Notes: generated by a model from the letters alone, not told the origin. A stretch of DNA of 64,000 bases from Octopus sinensis (GCF_006345805.1 NC_043006.1:41602001-41666000), one strand, 5' to 3'. Positions 26,272 through 40,148 are shown, counted from the first letter of the stretch. Numbers and translations are program-made.

Positions 26272-28732
26272 CTATGTATGTTAAAATATTTTAGAATATT
26301 AATAAGCTAACGTAAAATACAAATCCATGTGTGAGTGCTTTTATCCCACTGAATGTAATCAGATGTATTTATATATTTACTTATTCAATTATTTAACATT
26401 CAAAATGCCAACTTCCGAAGCCTTGTGATATTGAATCTGTTCATGTACACGAATCTAAATATATATCATACATGATTAATTACACACACCATCGTTATTA
26501 TAAAATATTGTAATATGATACATAAGCCTATGATATTTTTAATTTCTAATTCTTACCCTATTTTTAGCATTATTTTATTATATTTCCTCAATAGTTAATG
26601 TAATGTATCATTTTATTATTTTAATATTCCTGTATTTAGTTTTAACTTGATGGCTGTTTAAAAGCCCCTAGATCTCAAATTTACGTGTAATATATGTTTA
26701 TAACATCAAATGCAATCATATAAATATAATGTGAGGATTTCGTAACTACATGATTTATAAATGAATTTAACAAATCAAAAGCGCTATCGAATATAATATT
26801 CTTCGGCTTACTAAGAAGCACGTATTAATCTAATTTGAAATTTTGCAATGGGAAGCAATAAAGAAAAAAAATCATACAACCAGTTCTTAACATAATATTA
26901 AATATATCCTAACGATATCCTTAAATCTAATTTTAAATTTAACTTTGCTTTATGCATTCAATTTTATTTTAAGCCTCTAATACTCAATATTAATTTATAT
27001 TACTAAATACCTTCTGAAAAAATATAAACGTCGAAGTATAATTTGATAAAATCTTAGTTGGGGATTTGAACAGATTATTCAATATTTGAAATTTCGATGT
27101 CCATGTTCAAAATACAAAGGCTTTGAATTAAAATCTTAAATTCTATTAGGTAACTATATCTACACTGAAGCAAAATATCAGTTTTAAATCCATTTGCTTT
27201 GTAACTCAATCAAACAAGTTGAATTATTAACATGAACATGAAAAGCCTAAGTGCATGCGACGCTTCACATTAAATTTAAGCTTTGGGTTATAATGGAAGA
27301 AAAGCATCTAAACGACACATTCCCAAACATTCTGTGTAAACCTAAAGATGCACATTACAATTACTGCCACGTGCGCTCGCTCAATCCTTATATACATACT
27401 TAAACTTCTATCAGAATATTTCCGGGCTGCACGTGATAAGATTATACTTATGAAAGAAAATGTATGCGCTGCTGATGGTTATTAGTCTCCAGCCTGATCT
27501 GCTTTTGTTTAATTATCACGTTTAATTATAATTTGTTTAATTAGTTTGTTGTATAAACGTTGTGTTAACAACAAAGGAGATGAGGACAAATATCAGTCAA
27601 ATGTAAATAATGTATATAATTCCTCATCTCTTAAATATAGACATGTTATAAAACGTTGCTAGAGAAATATTACGATATTTATAAGATTGACAAATTTAAA
27701 TTACTTAAAATATGCTGGCGTGTAGCTCAGCAAATCAACTAAAATGAACCTTGAACCGCTCTCTAGGTTCTTGGTGAACCTACTTTAGGTCGAAACTCAC
27801 CAAATTAATTTTTTAGTAAAACTCACATCTCAAGACAAGTTTTTTGTCAGTTCGTGACCATGAATGTTCGAGGCGATCAGTCATCTGCAAAATAAGGGTT
27901 TAATTTGAAGCTACCCTTCAGACTCATTGCCGAAAAATTCATCGTGTTCAAATCATTGGAATCAGTTATAGAAATACGCACAGAGGAAAAAGCTCAGTAT
28001 ACATAATTGGCTCATTCTACAGTAACCATAATCGCATTAGACACACCTATTTCACTTCACTGTATTTTCCAAGGTGGAATTGAAAGTGAAAGGGTTCTGC
28101 TTCAAAACGAAATATGTAACTTTAAAAAATTCACAAGCATTAAAAAAGGGGTATTCTACTGCGTTATGGAATTGTGGGAGTGGATTGGGTTCAATGTGCA
28201 TATTTACAAAGAAAACTATTCCGAAATGTCTTAGATTTGAACGGGTATAATATAAGAAATATTTCTCTCTGTGATTAACACCATACTTATGCACTAGGCC
28301 GAAAGGGATTGTAGAAATAGCATAACACATACAATACTCATCGCAGTTTTTAAGGTTGTTTAATGATGAACTCTTGTTTCCTTCTATTGCCTGAATTACG
28401 TGGGTTGTATGCAGTGAGTATTTTGCTATTATACTTTTATTCTTTTACGTGTTTCAGTCATTTGACTGCGGCTATACTGGAGCACCACCTTTAAGGGTTT
28501 TAGTCGAAGACATCGACCCCAGAACTTATTCTTTCTAAGCCTAGTACTTATTCTATTGGTCTTTTAGGCCGAACCGCTAAGTTACGGGTTTAATTTTTGT
28601 GTTAGATTCAGGGATATAAAAGTTTTAATGCTACAAGGATGCAAGACATTAAGGAAATATAAAACGTTTTTGGATATGGAAGTAGATACAATAGTAGATA
28701 GGCAGATAAATAAGGAAGTAAACAGAAACAGT

Positions 28733-29046
28733 AGAGGTGCAATGGCCCAGTGGTTAGGGCAGCGGACTCGCGGTTGGAGGATCGCGGTTTCGATTCCCAG
28801 ACCGGGCGTTGTGTGTGTTTATTGAGCGAAAACACCTAATAGCTCCATGAGGCTTCGGCAGGGGGGGGTGCGACCCCTGTTGTACTCTTTTGCCCCATCT
28901 TTCACTCTTTTTTCCTGTTTCTTGAGTAACGCTGCGATGGACTGGCGTCCCGACCAACTGGGGGCAACACATATGCCACAGAAACCGGGAAACTGGGCCA
29001 ATGAGCCTGGCTAGGGTTGAAAAGGGTGCATAAATAAATAAAATAA
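28733..29046 (+). mobile_element. tRNA-derived SINE with V/Meta-like central domain
   Basis: TGGCCCAGTGGTTAG A box and GGTTTCGATTCCC B box; GCGATGGACTGGCGTCCCG...GAAACCGGGAAACTGGGCC; (TAAA)n tail. The domain name is from recall. Confidence 0.8.
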
Positions 29047-29123
29047 ACAGACACAAAGGCTAGTCGAAAGATAGATTGATAAGTAGGTGGATAGACAGAC
29101 ATAGAGACAGAGAGGCAGACAGT

Positions 29124-29228
<105 letters not shown>

Positions 29229-30574
29229 GAATTTAAGTGTGGCGTGTGAATTGTAGAGATGCACCAACTGCTTATGTGAGTTAGTAATACCATCGATATG
29301 TATATTTATATTTGGTTTAGTTTCACATTCTTTCTTAGCTTTGTGTCTCTTTGTTGTAAATATAAGGTCGACTATCAAAATTGTTAACATACGCGTGCGT
29401 TTCTACATGTGTGAATTTATATATTTATAGATAATGTATAAAAAGAATAAAGAGAAAAGTGTTCGTAAATTCCAGTCGAAAGAAAGATTAAATAATGTAG
29501 GTTGATGAATGGAAAAAAATAAGTTGAGAAACTAGGATTGAGAGAGATAGGCAGACGATAGGAACAAGAGAGAAAAGAGAGTGGAGTTGTAGTGAATGAG
29601 AGCTAGAGATGATAGTGGCATATAGTCAGACGAAATAAGTATTTCAATTCATAATTCTTGAAAATCATTATTTCGCTGCAATCCGTTTTATCTTGTTAAC
29701 TCATTCTTGCATCCTTTGTAATTTTCTACTAACCTCTGCTCCCATCTGAGGAAACTTCAACGAATTTCTTTCAGTATATGTTGACGAGGTTTAAATTATT
29801 AATAACTTGGAACAATAGTCCATCAGCGAGGCATTCAAGTTAGATCAGCGCAAATATTTCAAAGACATTCCTTTAATTGGATGAATATTTAGATATATAC
29901 TCATTATCAATTATCAATGCGGTTTTTGTGTTCAACTAATGCCATTGTCATTTCCAATCTAAGCTCTTCAATTATTTTTCTTTGCGTCATATTAATCCCA
30001 ATCCTGTATTTTTGTGTATCTTTCAATAGCAAACATTTAGGATCTTTTCTGTTTGTCATCTCCAAATAAAGATTTTTCCAGCGTATTTCATTGATTACAT
30101 TCATATCAACTCGTATTTTAAACATGGGATCGGTCTTGCTCTAATAATGTCTTTTCATTTTAGGGGATTTCTTTCTGAGGTAAAAATTAAGTGAATAGAA
30201 AAGAAACGATGGTTTTTGGCATAGCTTGCAATCAAAATTCTTCTAAGACTTATCCGTTGCTATTCTCGTGCATACAATCACTCGAATTCATATTCCTCGA
30301 GCTATTTTAAAAGAGTAAATGATAAAACGGGATAATTTTTATAATGATTTTTTTTTTATATCTTTCCATTATTTTTAGTTATTTTATTTTATTATTTTAT
30401 TCATATACACAATGCTTCTCTTGGAGAGCTTAAATTACCATATAATGTATAATTACAGCTTAGAAGTAGAGAAACTATGAAGTGTGGTGACATCAATTAT
30501 TCTTAAACGCCTTCGCATAACGAACAATGTTTGTGTGTGTTCATATTCTCTTCCAAGTCTTGTATGTATGCATA

Positions 30575-30610
<36 letters not shown>

Positions 30611-30872
30611 TGTATGTATGTATGTATGTATGTATGTATGTATGTATGTATGTATATTTAATACTGTCGTGTGTGTTTATTATTAGGATTATAATTATTG
30701 GCTCGCAGTCAGAATGACCATGGGTTCAATACGTGGACGGAAGTGCAAGTTTCGGCAATGATCGAGATATATATATAACACATTGCTGCAGTCTACTCAG
30801 CCACAATTCTCTCGTTCAGCTTTCAAGTCCTGGAAATGATGCTGAGTAAATAGGAGTAGGGTCATATGTATG

Positions 30873-30903
<31 letters not shown>

Positions 30904-30983
30904 ATAATATATATATATATATATATATCTACACATACATACATATACATCTGTAATTATACATCTATGTATATATATGTATG

Positions 30984-31028
<45 letters not shown>

Positions 31029-31055
31029 AGGGGTGAAAAGGAACACACGAGTTGA

Positions 31056-31525
31056 TATATATGAAAAAACAAGTCAAAATAGAAAATGCTAAGATAAATT
31101 TATAAAGAACATTTCAGTACGGTTTCGGTCATTTTGAGACCTTTTCATCAGTAACGATTAATAATTAAATTTGGAAAAATTAAAAGAAAAGTTTTTTAAA
31201 GGAATATTGTATAGTGTTCAAATATAAGTGGCATTCTGCCTTTCTCTGTCTCCCTTGTTTGCACTTGGGTGTTCGAGGCTGTTGTGAACATTCACAACGG
31301 CCTCGAACACACAAGTGCAAACAAGGGAGACAGAGAAAGGTAGAATGCCTCTTATATTTGAACACTACACAAATATTCCTTTAAAAAAACTTTTCTTTTA
31401 ATTTTTCCAAATTTAATTATCTAATCGTTACAGTTGAAAAGGTCTCAAAATGACCGAAACCGGTACTGAAATGTTCTTTATAAAACTATTTTAGCATTTC
31501 TATTTTGACTTTTTTTTTCATATAT
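31056..31525. repeat. ~470-bp foldback palindrome whose arms each carry a hammerhead motif
   Basis: Arms are reverse complements with few mismatches; 2-nt loop at 31289-31290; flanked by TA-rich sequence. Confidence 0.95.
31426..31473 (+). ncRNA. Type I hammerhead ribozyme candidate with U3-A8 compensated core
   Basis: CGTTACAG [TTGAAAA] GGTC TCAAAAT GACC [GAA] AC CG GT A|CTGAAATG. All three helices pair, with G10.1-C11.1, palindromic helix III ACCGGT and a GUA triplet. Confidence 0.65.
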
Positions 31526-31550
31526 TATATATATATATATATAATATATA

Positions 31551-31596
<46 letters not shown>

Positions 31597-31728
31597 CGTT
31601 ATAAGGCACAAAGAGAAAAAAATATATATATGCCCTCTAGTATAGCCTCTCGAGGCGAACAAAGATTTGTGAGTGGATTTGGTGGACGGAAACTGAAAGA
31701 AGTCCGTTGTATATATATATATGTAAAT

Positions 31729-31900
31729 ATAATCAAAATAAGCAACAAGGATATCCAGCGGTAATGCATTACCTTTGGATATCCTTGTTGCTTATTTTGA
31801 TTGTAATCAACCCATTTTGAATTATATGGATAATACCATACTAAAGTCTGGTGCCTTTAACTTAAGTACCATATTCAACTGAATCTAATTTTACTGAACA
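31729..31900 (+). mobile_element. Copy of the 37611-37835 element lacking the hammerhead, with a 5' inverted duplication (76-bp palindrome)
   Basis: 31765-31900 matches 37696-37835. 31729-31804 is a palindrome centred on TGCA (31765-31768). Confidence 0.85.
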
Positions 31901-31951
31901 TATAACACCATAACTATATGCATGTATATATGTGTATGTATATATATATAT

Positions 31952-32000
<49 letters not shown>

Positions 32001-32079
32001 ATGTATGTATATATAATGTATATATATATAATTCAGTAAAATGACTGAAACAATTAAAAGGATAAAGGAATATATATAT

Positions 32080-32190
32080 AGTGGAAATTTACAGAAAAAC
32101 AAATGACAAAGACACTTGTATAAACAACAAGCTGGTGTACTAGTTTAATGCTCGAGAAGGTGAGAAAGTCTTTTACGTTTCGAGCCTACG
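32080..32190 (-). mobile_element. Truncated copy of hammerhead family C
   Basis: Minus strand CGTAGGCTCGAAACGTAAAAGAC (3' half of the motif only), then a body similar to 1461-1520, ending at (TA)n. Confidence 0.6.
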
Positions 32191-32230
32191 AAGAAATAGA
32201 CAGACTAAAAAAAATCACTTAGTGGTCAAT

Positions 32231-32340
<110 letters not shown>

Positions 32341-32422
32341 GTATGTATGTGTGTGTGTGTGATAGAAGTTTGTAGACAGCTAGATAGATAGAATTTTATA
32401 TATATTATATATATATATATAT

Positions 32423-32471
<49 letters not shown>

Positions 32472-33662
32472 ATTATATAGATACATTAAGCAAGTAATTA
32501 ATAACACTTCTTGACCACAATGTGACTAAATAACTCATTATCAATAAACAACCAACAAGTTATATAATATTTTCTCTAACAGTAAATGTATACTATATAT
32601 ATCTGCATACTTTTGTACGTAAACTCTTTTTATTTAGGCGAAGACATCCAGGACTATTCACATGATCAAACGATCATTTCCTTTTCCGCTTTCCGTCGAT
32701 ATCGTATGATGCAAGGGTGATGTGGTTGCTATTTCTTGAAGGACGGGTGATATATATATAGCGTATGCCTTTTTTGTAAATTTCTCTTTAGACCACGATA
32801 TTTTTACAGTTAATGCTTTTAAAATATTCCAGCGAATGTAAATGTAAAATTTTGCTTACAATTTATTTCATAGATATATAACGGGCAAAAATTTAGAATT
32901 ACTGGTTAACCATATATTTATTTATTTGCATAGTTGAATGTCCCTCTTCTAGTTGGTATCATGTATGGTATCGTTTGCAAGTTTGATATTTTATTCATTG
33001 ATAATTAGATTCTGTTAAATGAACGTCACTATTTTTCCATTATATGAAAAATATTCAATTTGTCCTATTAACAGCACATTAGGCAAATTATACTTATTGA
33101 AATATTCCCTTTGTTCCATGTATTCAAATATACTGTGCTATCATGTTTTCAACGTAGACTAGTGCGGTGTTTGTCTTTCAGTTATTATTTCTGATAACGT
33201 AATTATTATATAATCATAGACATCAAGTGTATATCATTAAATTGTTATGAAATAGCCAATTGCTACCTTCATATAAATGAATTGTAATATTTAACAACAA
33301 CAACAAAAGACACTGGCCAGGATGTGTGATGAATTTAATCATGTGAGTTACAGATTTCATTGCGATCTAGAGAAAACAGTAACTTAGATATTGGTTCAAA
33401 ATTGGTGTCCTCTCAAAGAGTCATTTTCGAACTGAAAGGCCTGTTTCTTACTCTCGGCGTCCAAAATTATAAAAGAAAACGGAAAGAAAATCCGGAGCCT
33501 GGCATGTTACAGGATTTTTATGTATTCGAACACGCATCGGACTGATCGGCCACAACTGAACACATAGTGACCCGCTTTCTTCTCATACGTAATATACTTG
33601 GTCATCGTCGATAACGAAGGACAATCTAGTATATTTAATACATGTCAATACTATAGGAAGTA

Positions 33663-33850
33663 AAGAAGGCGAGCTGCTTATCCTCATTTCATCCATCTTA
33701 ACGTTCTGAGTTCAAATGGCCCCGCGTTCAACTTGGTCTTTCATAATTTCGGAGTCGATAAATTAGGTACCAATCGGGCCCTGGGGTCAATGTACACAAC
33801 TTACCCATCCCACTAAGTTGCTGATCTTGTGCCGAAAGTTTAAGCGAGTA
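33663..33850 (+). mobile_element. tRNA-derived SINE with Deu/Nin-like core (old copy)
   Basis: aggcgagctg...acgttctgagttcaaat...ggtctttcataatttcggagtcgataaattaggtacc. Confidence 0.65.
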
Positions 33851-35128
33851 CTATCAGAAATACACAGACTCATCAGTTATTGATCCCTGTTGTTGGTGTT
33901 TGTGTTGTTATTGCTTGTGTTGTTCTAGTTGTTGATAACATTGTCTTTACTATTGCTACCGTGGCTTTTACCATTGCCCTTATTGTTTTTGTTGTGGTTG
34001 TTCACATGCAAATATTTTGTAATGAATTTACTTGTGGTGTGAGTCATACTCTGTCTTACCTAGTCACTGAATCTGAAAGTAGGCATATCTGAGTCCATAA
34101 TTGCAACGGAAATAAAATGAAAAACACAATGACATTGGCATAAAGAAATATAGACATATTGCGCTCTTCAGGTCAGAGTTTGGCAGTAACTTTTTCACAC
34201 AGTTTAATTAATGTTTTAACAAAAATTCACAACAGTAAACACGATACTTTCACCAAAATTTATCATGCATTTATTGGTCGACACGATATACGTTCGGCAC
34301 AAACAATAAGAAGGAAAATGGAAAAGAAAAAAAATAATGACATTAATAATGATGATGGTGGTGATGATGACGACGATGATGATAATGATGGCAAGAGGAA
34401 GGAAAGAGGAAAAAGAAAGAGGAGGAGAAGAAGGACAACAACAACGACGATAACATCAGCTAAAACAGCAACAACAGGAAGGAGAAAGTGAGGAGGCAAT
34501 GATAGCAATAAGAATCATAACTATAAGTACACTAATCTCGGTTGTATTTTGCAGTATATCAATTCTGAGTTTGAAAGCAAGTGTATTATGTAAAACAAAA
34601 CAACACTTCCCAGAAGCAATGGCGTGAAAACAATGATAATGATATAGAGAAGAAAATAAATACTGTTTTTCAGATTGTGTATACCCGAGGAAGAAATAAA
34701 AATGAAAATAAAGACATCTTATACAATCACAGGAGTAAATGACTCAAAATAGTTTTAAATCATTAATTATGCAACGAAAAAACCATGCATTTTTTCCTAA
34801 AACATATAGAACACACTTCATCTGAAACAATTGAATACTCTACATAGAAACACAAACGATCGATCTCATTGTTATGTGGGACAGTTAGCGGGCGAGAAAA
34901 CTGAAGTAAATAAGCATTATCTTTCCACTATAAATATTTATAGAGAATACAATTGAAGGGTGACAACTCTAAATTAACCCCTAAAAAAAAACTGTGGCGT
35001 AAAGATAGGTTGAACAATAACAAGAAGAAAATAATTGATAACGTTATCAGCTTTTTTTCAGAAATACATACAATAATGTACATTTATTAGTATTATAACA
35101 ACAACAAAAAACATTTTTAATAATAATA

Positions 35129-35163
<35 letters not shown>

Positions 35164-35224
35164 CATTATCTTTATTATTATTATTGTTATTATTATAATT
35201 ATTATTGTTATTGTTATACTGTTT

Positions 35225-35620
35225 CAGTATTTCTTATTACATGCCTTCTTTGTACAGTCACATCTCTTTTTGCCTTGGGTATATGAATTGTTTTGAATTG
35301 GCTTTGTGTTTTCTTTCAAATTGACATATCTCTATGGAATGTGTGTAGAGCCTAACAAGGCCATTTTCCCCTACATTCTGCATATCTTAAATACATGTTT
35401 GTTATGTATTTATCTTCATGACTTTTAATCATCACCAACAGACTTATTCTTATACGGAATTTTATTATTTCTGTTTACAATCCTCACGCACTGGTTATCT
35501 CTATTCCCCCATCTTTACATTCGGATAGTTTCCCCTTTTGGAGACACATTATCTCCTGTTTTGAATGGTATTTCAAATGGAAAAGACGTCTTTTCTTCCA
35601 GGTCATTTGGCAACGATACC
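35225..35620 (-). mobile_element. Older R4/Dong-like 3' fragment adjacent to (TAA)n/(TTA)n
   Basis: Shares tgccttgggtat with 15830-15842. Minus-strand peptides MIKSHEDKYIT and KMALLGSTHI parallel MIKKYSDKYIT and KIALLGTAHI. Confidence 0.55.
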
Positions 35621-36044
35621 CTTTTCTTTTAATAAATTACAAAACAAAGCATAATTTTTTACTTTCCCTCGTAATTATTAAACTAGTGATTACTAGTTAT
35701 TATTAAACTAGTGATTAATAAGTAATTATCAATAGTAATTATTAAACTAGTGATTAACAAGAAATTACTTAAGTAGATGGTACTCTTAAACCACCATATA
35801 TTTCCAGAGATATAGGATTAAGAATAAATTAAAATTGATATGAATTGATATGATAGGAGAGAAAATATAATGATGAATTATGATATTTTGAACATAAGAA
35901 CTTTGACAGACATGCATTTCATACAACCTTCTGCTAAACTGATAGTGACATTAATGCCCACGGCACTTAGCCAAAAATAGCATGAGGGCATTGAGCCAAA
36001 GATCCGCAACTCGATGTATGGTTACACAAAGTACATTGCACGTC

Positions 36045-36385
<341 letters not shown>

Positions 36386-36825
36386 TTGTCTGCCTGTCTG
36401 TCTGCTTGTGTGTCTGCCTATCTGTTTATCTGTATGTCTAATTTTCTTATGCTCTCTATCTCTCTTTCCGTCTCTCTTATTCTGACTATATGTGGGTACA
36501 CAGAGGTAGAGAGCGAGAGGGAGAGTGCACGCGCGCGAGAGAGAGAAAGCGGGGAGAGAAAGAAAGTGGGAGAGAGAGAGTGGGAGAAGTGGAACAAAAA
36601 TCTTCAGATATAGTGCATTTAAAGGTACAGAACATCTAAAGAGTAAAATCGTCTATGTATGTAGGTATGTACGTATATATATTTGTATGTGTGTGTGTGT
36701 ATATATATATATGTTAAAGGGAATAATTAATAATTTTCCCTCATGAGGTTTTTCACACTGACTACTTAATAAATTCTTACAAAGATTTTATCCTACTTTT
36801 AAATTTTGTATATATATATATATAT

Positions 36826-36856
<31 letters not shown>

Positions 36857-37610
36857 ATATATATATATATACATACATACATACATACATACATACATAC
36901 ATACATACATACATACATACAAGCAGACACGCACACACACATACATATATATATAATTCTAAAGTCATTAACATGTAGAAAATATATGAAATGTTTAGCA
37001 TAATTTAACTCATTAATACCAAGAAATTACTAGTTACTAATTAACTATAAATTTATATTAATTTGGTTTATATTTATATAAATATGAAATTATTTCTATA
37101 TTCTCCATCCCTATATTGTATACTAAAATTATTCGAATTATTTGAAAAAACTATCTAAAAGATATCTATTTATTTCAAAACACAATTAGGATTATGGCTG
37201 TTAAATAGTTAAGCATTAGAAGTTTCTATTCTCCCTACCCCATCAGCTTTGGCCTACTAATTTTAGCTGAAATATATTCAACTGAACCAAAACGAGTTCT
37301 TCTTCAAAGGGAACTTGATTTATGGATCTGCCACTTAAACTGTCTCTTTCTCTATGTATAAAAGATAGATTCTTGTTTTTTTTCTCTCCACTAGACCTGA
37401 TAGAATAGTCTTAACCCCCACCCAGTAGTAAATCTAAATAGGAAAGTAAAATCAATGATAAGCAGTATCTCCATGAAAAAATATTAATTAACACCATATT
37501 TTTGTTGATGAAACTTGTTTCTCTGTCTACCTACTTGCCCTTTTTATGATATTGGTAAATGGAATAACTATAAAAATGAATCTTTTCAATTTAACTAAAT
37601 TTATATTTAT

Positions 37611-37700
37611 ATGCAGCTGAAGATTACTCTACATTTTAAAACTGATGTAATACTTGCATTGCTTAATTAAATAGAGTCGTGTGAAACGACCGTACTGCAT
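37611..37700 (+). ncRNA. Type I hammerhead ribozyme-like motif with canonical core
   Basis: ATGCAG [CTGAAGA] TT ACTCTA-(40 nt)-TAGAGT CGTGT [GAA] AC GACC GT A|CTGCAT. Perfect 6-bp helix I and GUA triplet; the base of helix II is non-canonical. Confidence 0.6.
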
Positions 37701-37856
37701 TACCTTTGGATATCCTTGTTGCTTATTTTGATTATAATCACCCCATTTTGAATTATATGGATAATAGCATACCAAATTCTTGTGTCTTTAACTTAAGTAC
37801 CATATTCAACTGAATCTAAATTTTTACTGAACTTATATATATATACATATATAACT

Positions 37857-37894
<38 letters not shown>

Positions 37895-38307
37895 CTGCAT
37901 ATGTTTTCTGTTATAGTTAGGTTCAACTCCATACGGTGAAGAATATATATTTATATACAGAGTATTTTAAATGAGCTGCTAATAGTTTCCTGACGTAGAG
38001 ACAGAATAATTTGGTAGATCTAGACAACATGCCTTGTGACTGAAAGCAAATCTTCTGGCTGCATACACAGGGTTAGTCCTATTTGAAAACCAAGACGCTT
38101 GTCGATGACAAACCAAGATACTGGTACGAGACAAAAAATGAGAAGAATGTTGATGCAAAAATTGGAACAAGAAGTCAAAGGGGGATTAAAACAAAAAACC
38201 CTTACCGAATTATTGTATTTCCGTAGCTTGTATAGATTAATAGCTGACAGTTAAATACTATATACACACACACATTGATACATATACATACACATACGTA
38301 CACGCAC

Positions 38308-38356
<49 letters not shown>

Positions 38357-38459
38357 CACACATACACATACCTATATGTAAACCTATACATCTAGATATA
38401 CATATATACATATACATAAATATATGTATATATATGGGGGGCAAAGGAAAGTGATTGCG

Positions 38460-38992
38460 TCACTCATAGCCTCTCCTCTTCAGGTGTAATGATCGCTGCA
38501 GAACTTCTACCTGGCTGCGCCTTGTGGAAAGTTCTTGCTAATGGCCTCTCCTGCACTACTGTGTCCACAGCAGCACCTTCACGCGGTACCCCCTGTTCTC
38601 ACTGAGCCTGCTGTGTGGCGCGACCGGGTGCTTGGCGGTATAACCAGGTGGGCAGACTGGGCTCGTTAGCCTTGGTTGGCAGCCAGTCTAGGAGAAGGAA
38701 AACTCTGACTCAAAACCCTCGCTCCGCTGCCTTGCGGATGCTCTTGGGAGAGGGAAAGGCTATGGGAGTAAACCCAGACAGAAAATCCGGAGTGGAGCCC
38801 CGAAGGCGGTAGGGTGTCGAATCTCGACCCCTTTCCGGCAACTCCTGCAGCCAACCAGATTCCAAACGTACTGCACTGCATTCCTTTGGATTATGTCTGG
38901 GGGACCGAGAGGGAGATTCTGGTGTCTGGGCAGCCCAGTGTCTTCGTTTCTACCGCCCAGGCTTGCGCCATGGAGGAACTACTCCATCGATG
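38460..38992 (+). mobile_element. RTE-like LINE 5' UTR fragment
   Basis: GC-rich island containing GGTTGGCAGCCAGTCTAGGAGAAGGAAAACTCTGA, a motif I recognise from RTE 5' UTRs. Ends at (TA)n; no RT ORF follows. Confidence 0.55.
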
Positions 38993-40148
38993 TATATATA
39001 TATATATAAAATAAGAAAATGGAGGAATACACCTTAATCAATAATCAACTACCAGATAATACCCATTCACATAATTTATTAACCAACTACATATGAATAT
39101 CAAGGTCAAACACAATAATACAGAACAAATATATATGTATGTATGTAGACATACATGATGTGCATATACATATGTAAATATATATGAATATGTATATTTG
39201 TAGAACTGTGTGCTTGAGTTTGTGTGTGGGTATATGTGTGTGCGTTTATGAATTTATATATCGAGTCAGATAGATGCAGATGTTCATATGCAGTAGCATG
39301 TGTTTGTATGTCTTCATATAGACTGTGAAATGATAAAAATGTCGAATGTAAAGTGTTAGATATAACACTTTACCTGTAATCACCAATCCTGTAATCACCA
39401 ACCATACATGATACAAAGCATTTAAAAATGTTACACTTTAACGTTGCTGAGACATTAATTAGAATGAATGGTTTAAACATTAAGGAGAGCAGTCAACTGA
39501 AGCTACCAACACATTTCATTATGAGTTAGAGGTGAAATTACAAAGAATTCAAAAACTTTTCATATACATTGGGAAAATTAATATATAGATACAATATTTT
39601 AAAGAAAGATATATTATTATTAATGGTTAGCGTTAGCACCGTTTGTAATTCTCCTTCTCTCCCTGTATATTTGGCTTTTCTAGCTTTCTCTGTTAAGACC
39701 CTAGTTAATGCTGCACACTGAACTAAGCCCATAAGGGGATACAGTTGATTTTGTTTCTAAAACAAGGAAATGTTTCATAGAGCTGATAGTCAGATTTTTT
39801 TCGCAGATGTATTGTAATGTTATGATATTGTTTGATATTTCAACTGACATAAAATCAATCTCTCCTTAATGTCATAAACTGGTTTCAATTTCTAATCGCA
39901 TCTCAGCCATTCCTTTACACTGACACCATTTTTTACTTGCGATTTGTAGTAGATTTCTTTTGCCTATAGCAACAAAAAATATTAATAAAATTTTTAGGAG
40001 GGTTTTCATAATATTGACCATTATAATTATGGAGGAAGTAAAGAAGTTCTATATTAATCTAGTGAAGGTTCTTATTCCCATTGATATTCTGCCACCTTCC
40101 ATTAGTTTGCGTCACTAATAAATCCAACTGCGCTTGCACCAGACTTAC

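Noticed and set aside
26321-26829. Additional micro-exon candidates upstream of the exon cluster
   Set aside because: They need 49-64-nt introns or give phase conflicts and stops; likely chance AG/GT pairs.
27770-27805. TTGGTGA ACCTA-CTT-TAGGT C GAAAC hairpin
   Set aside because: The core has two mismatches and there is no helix III or NUH triplet.
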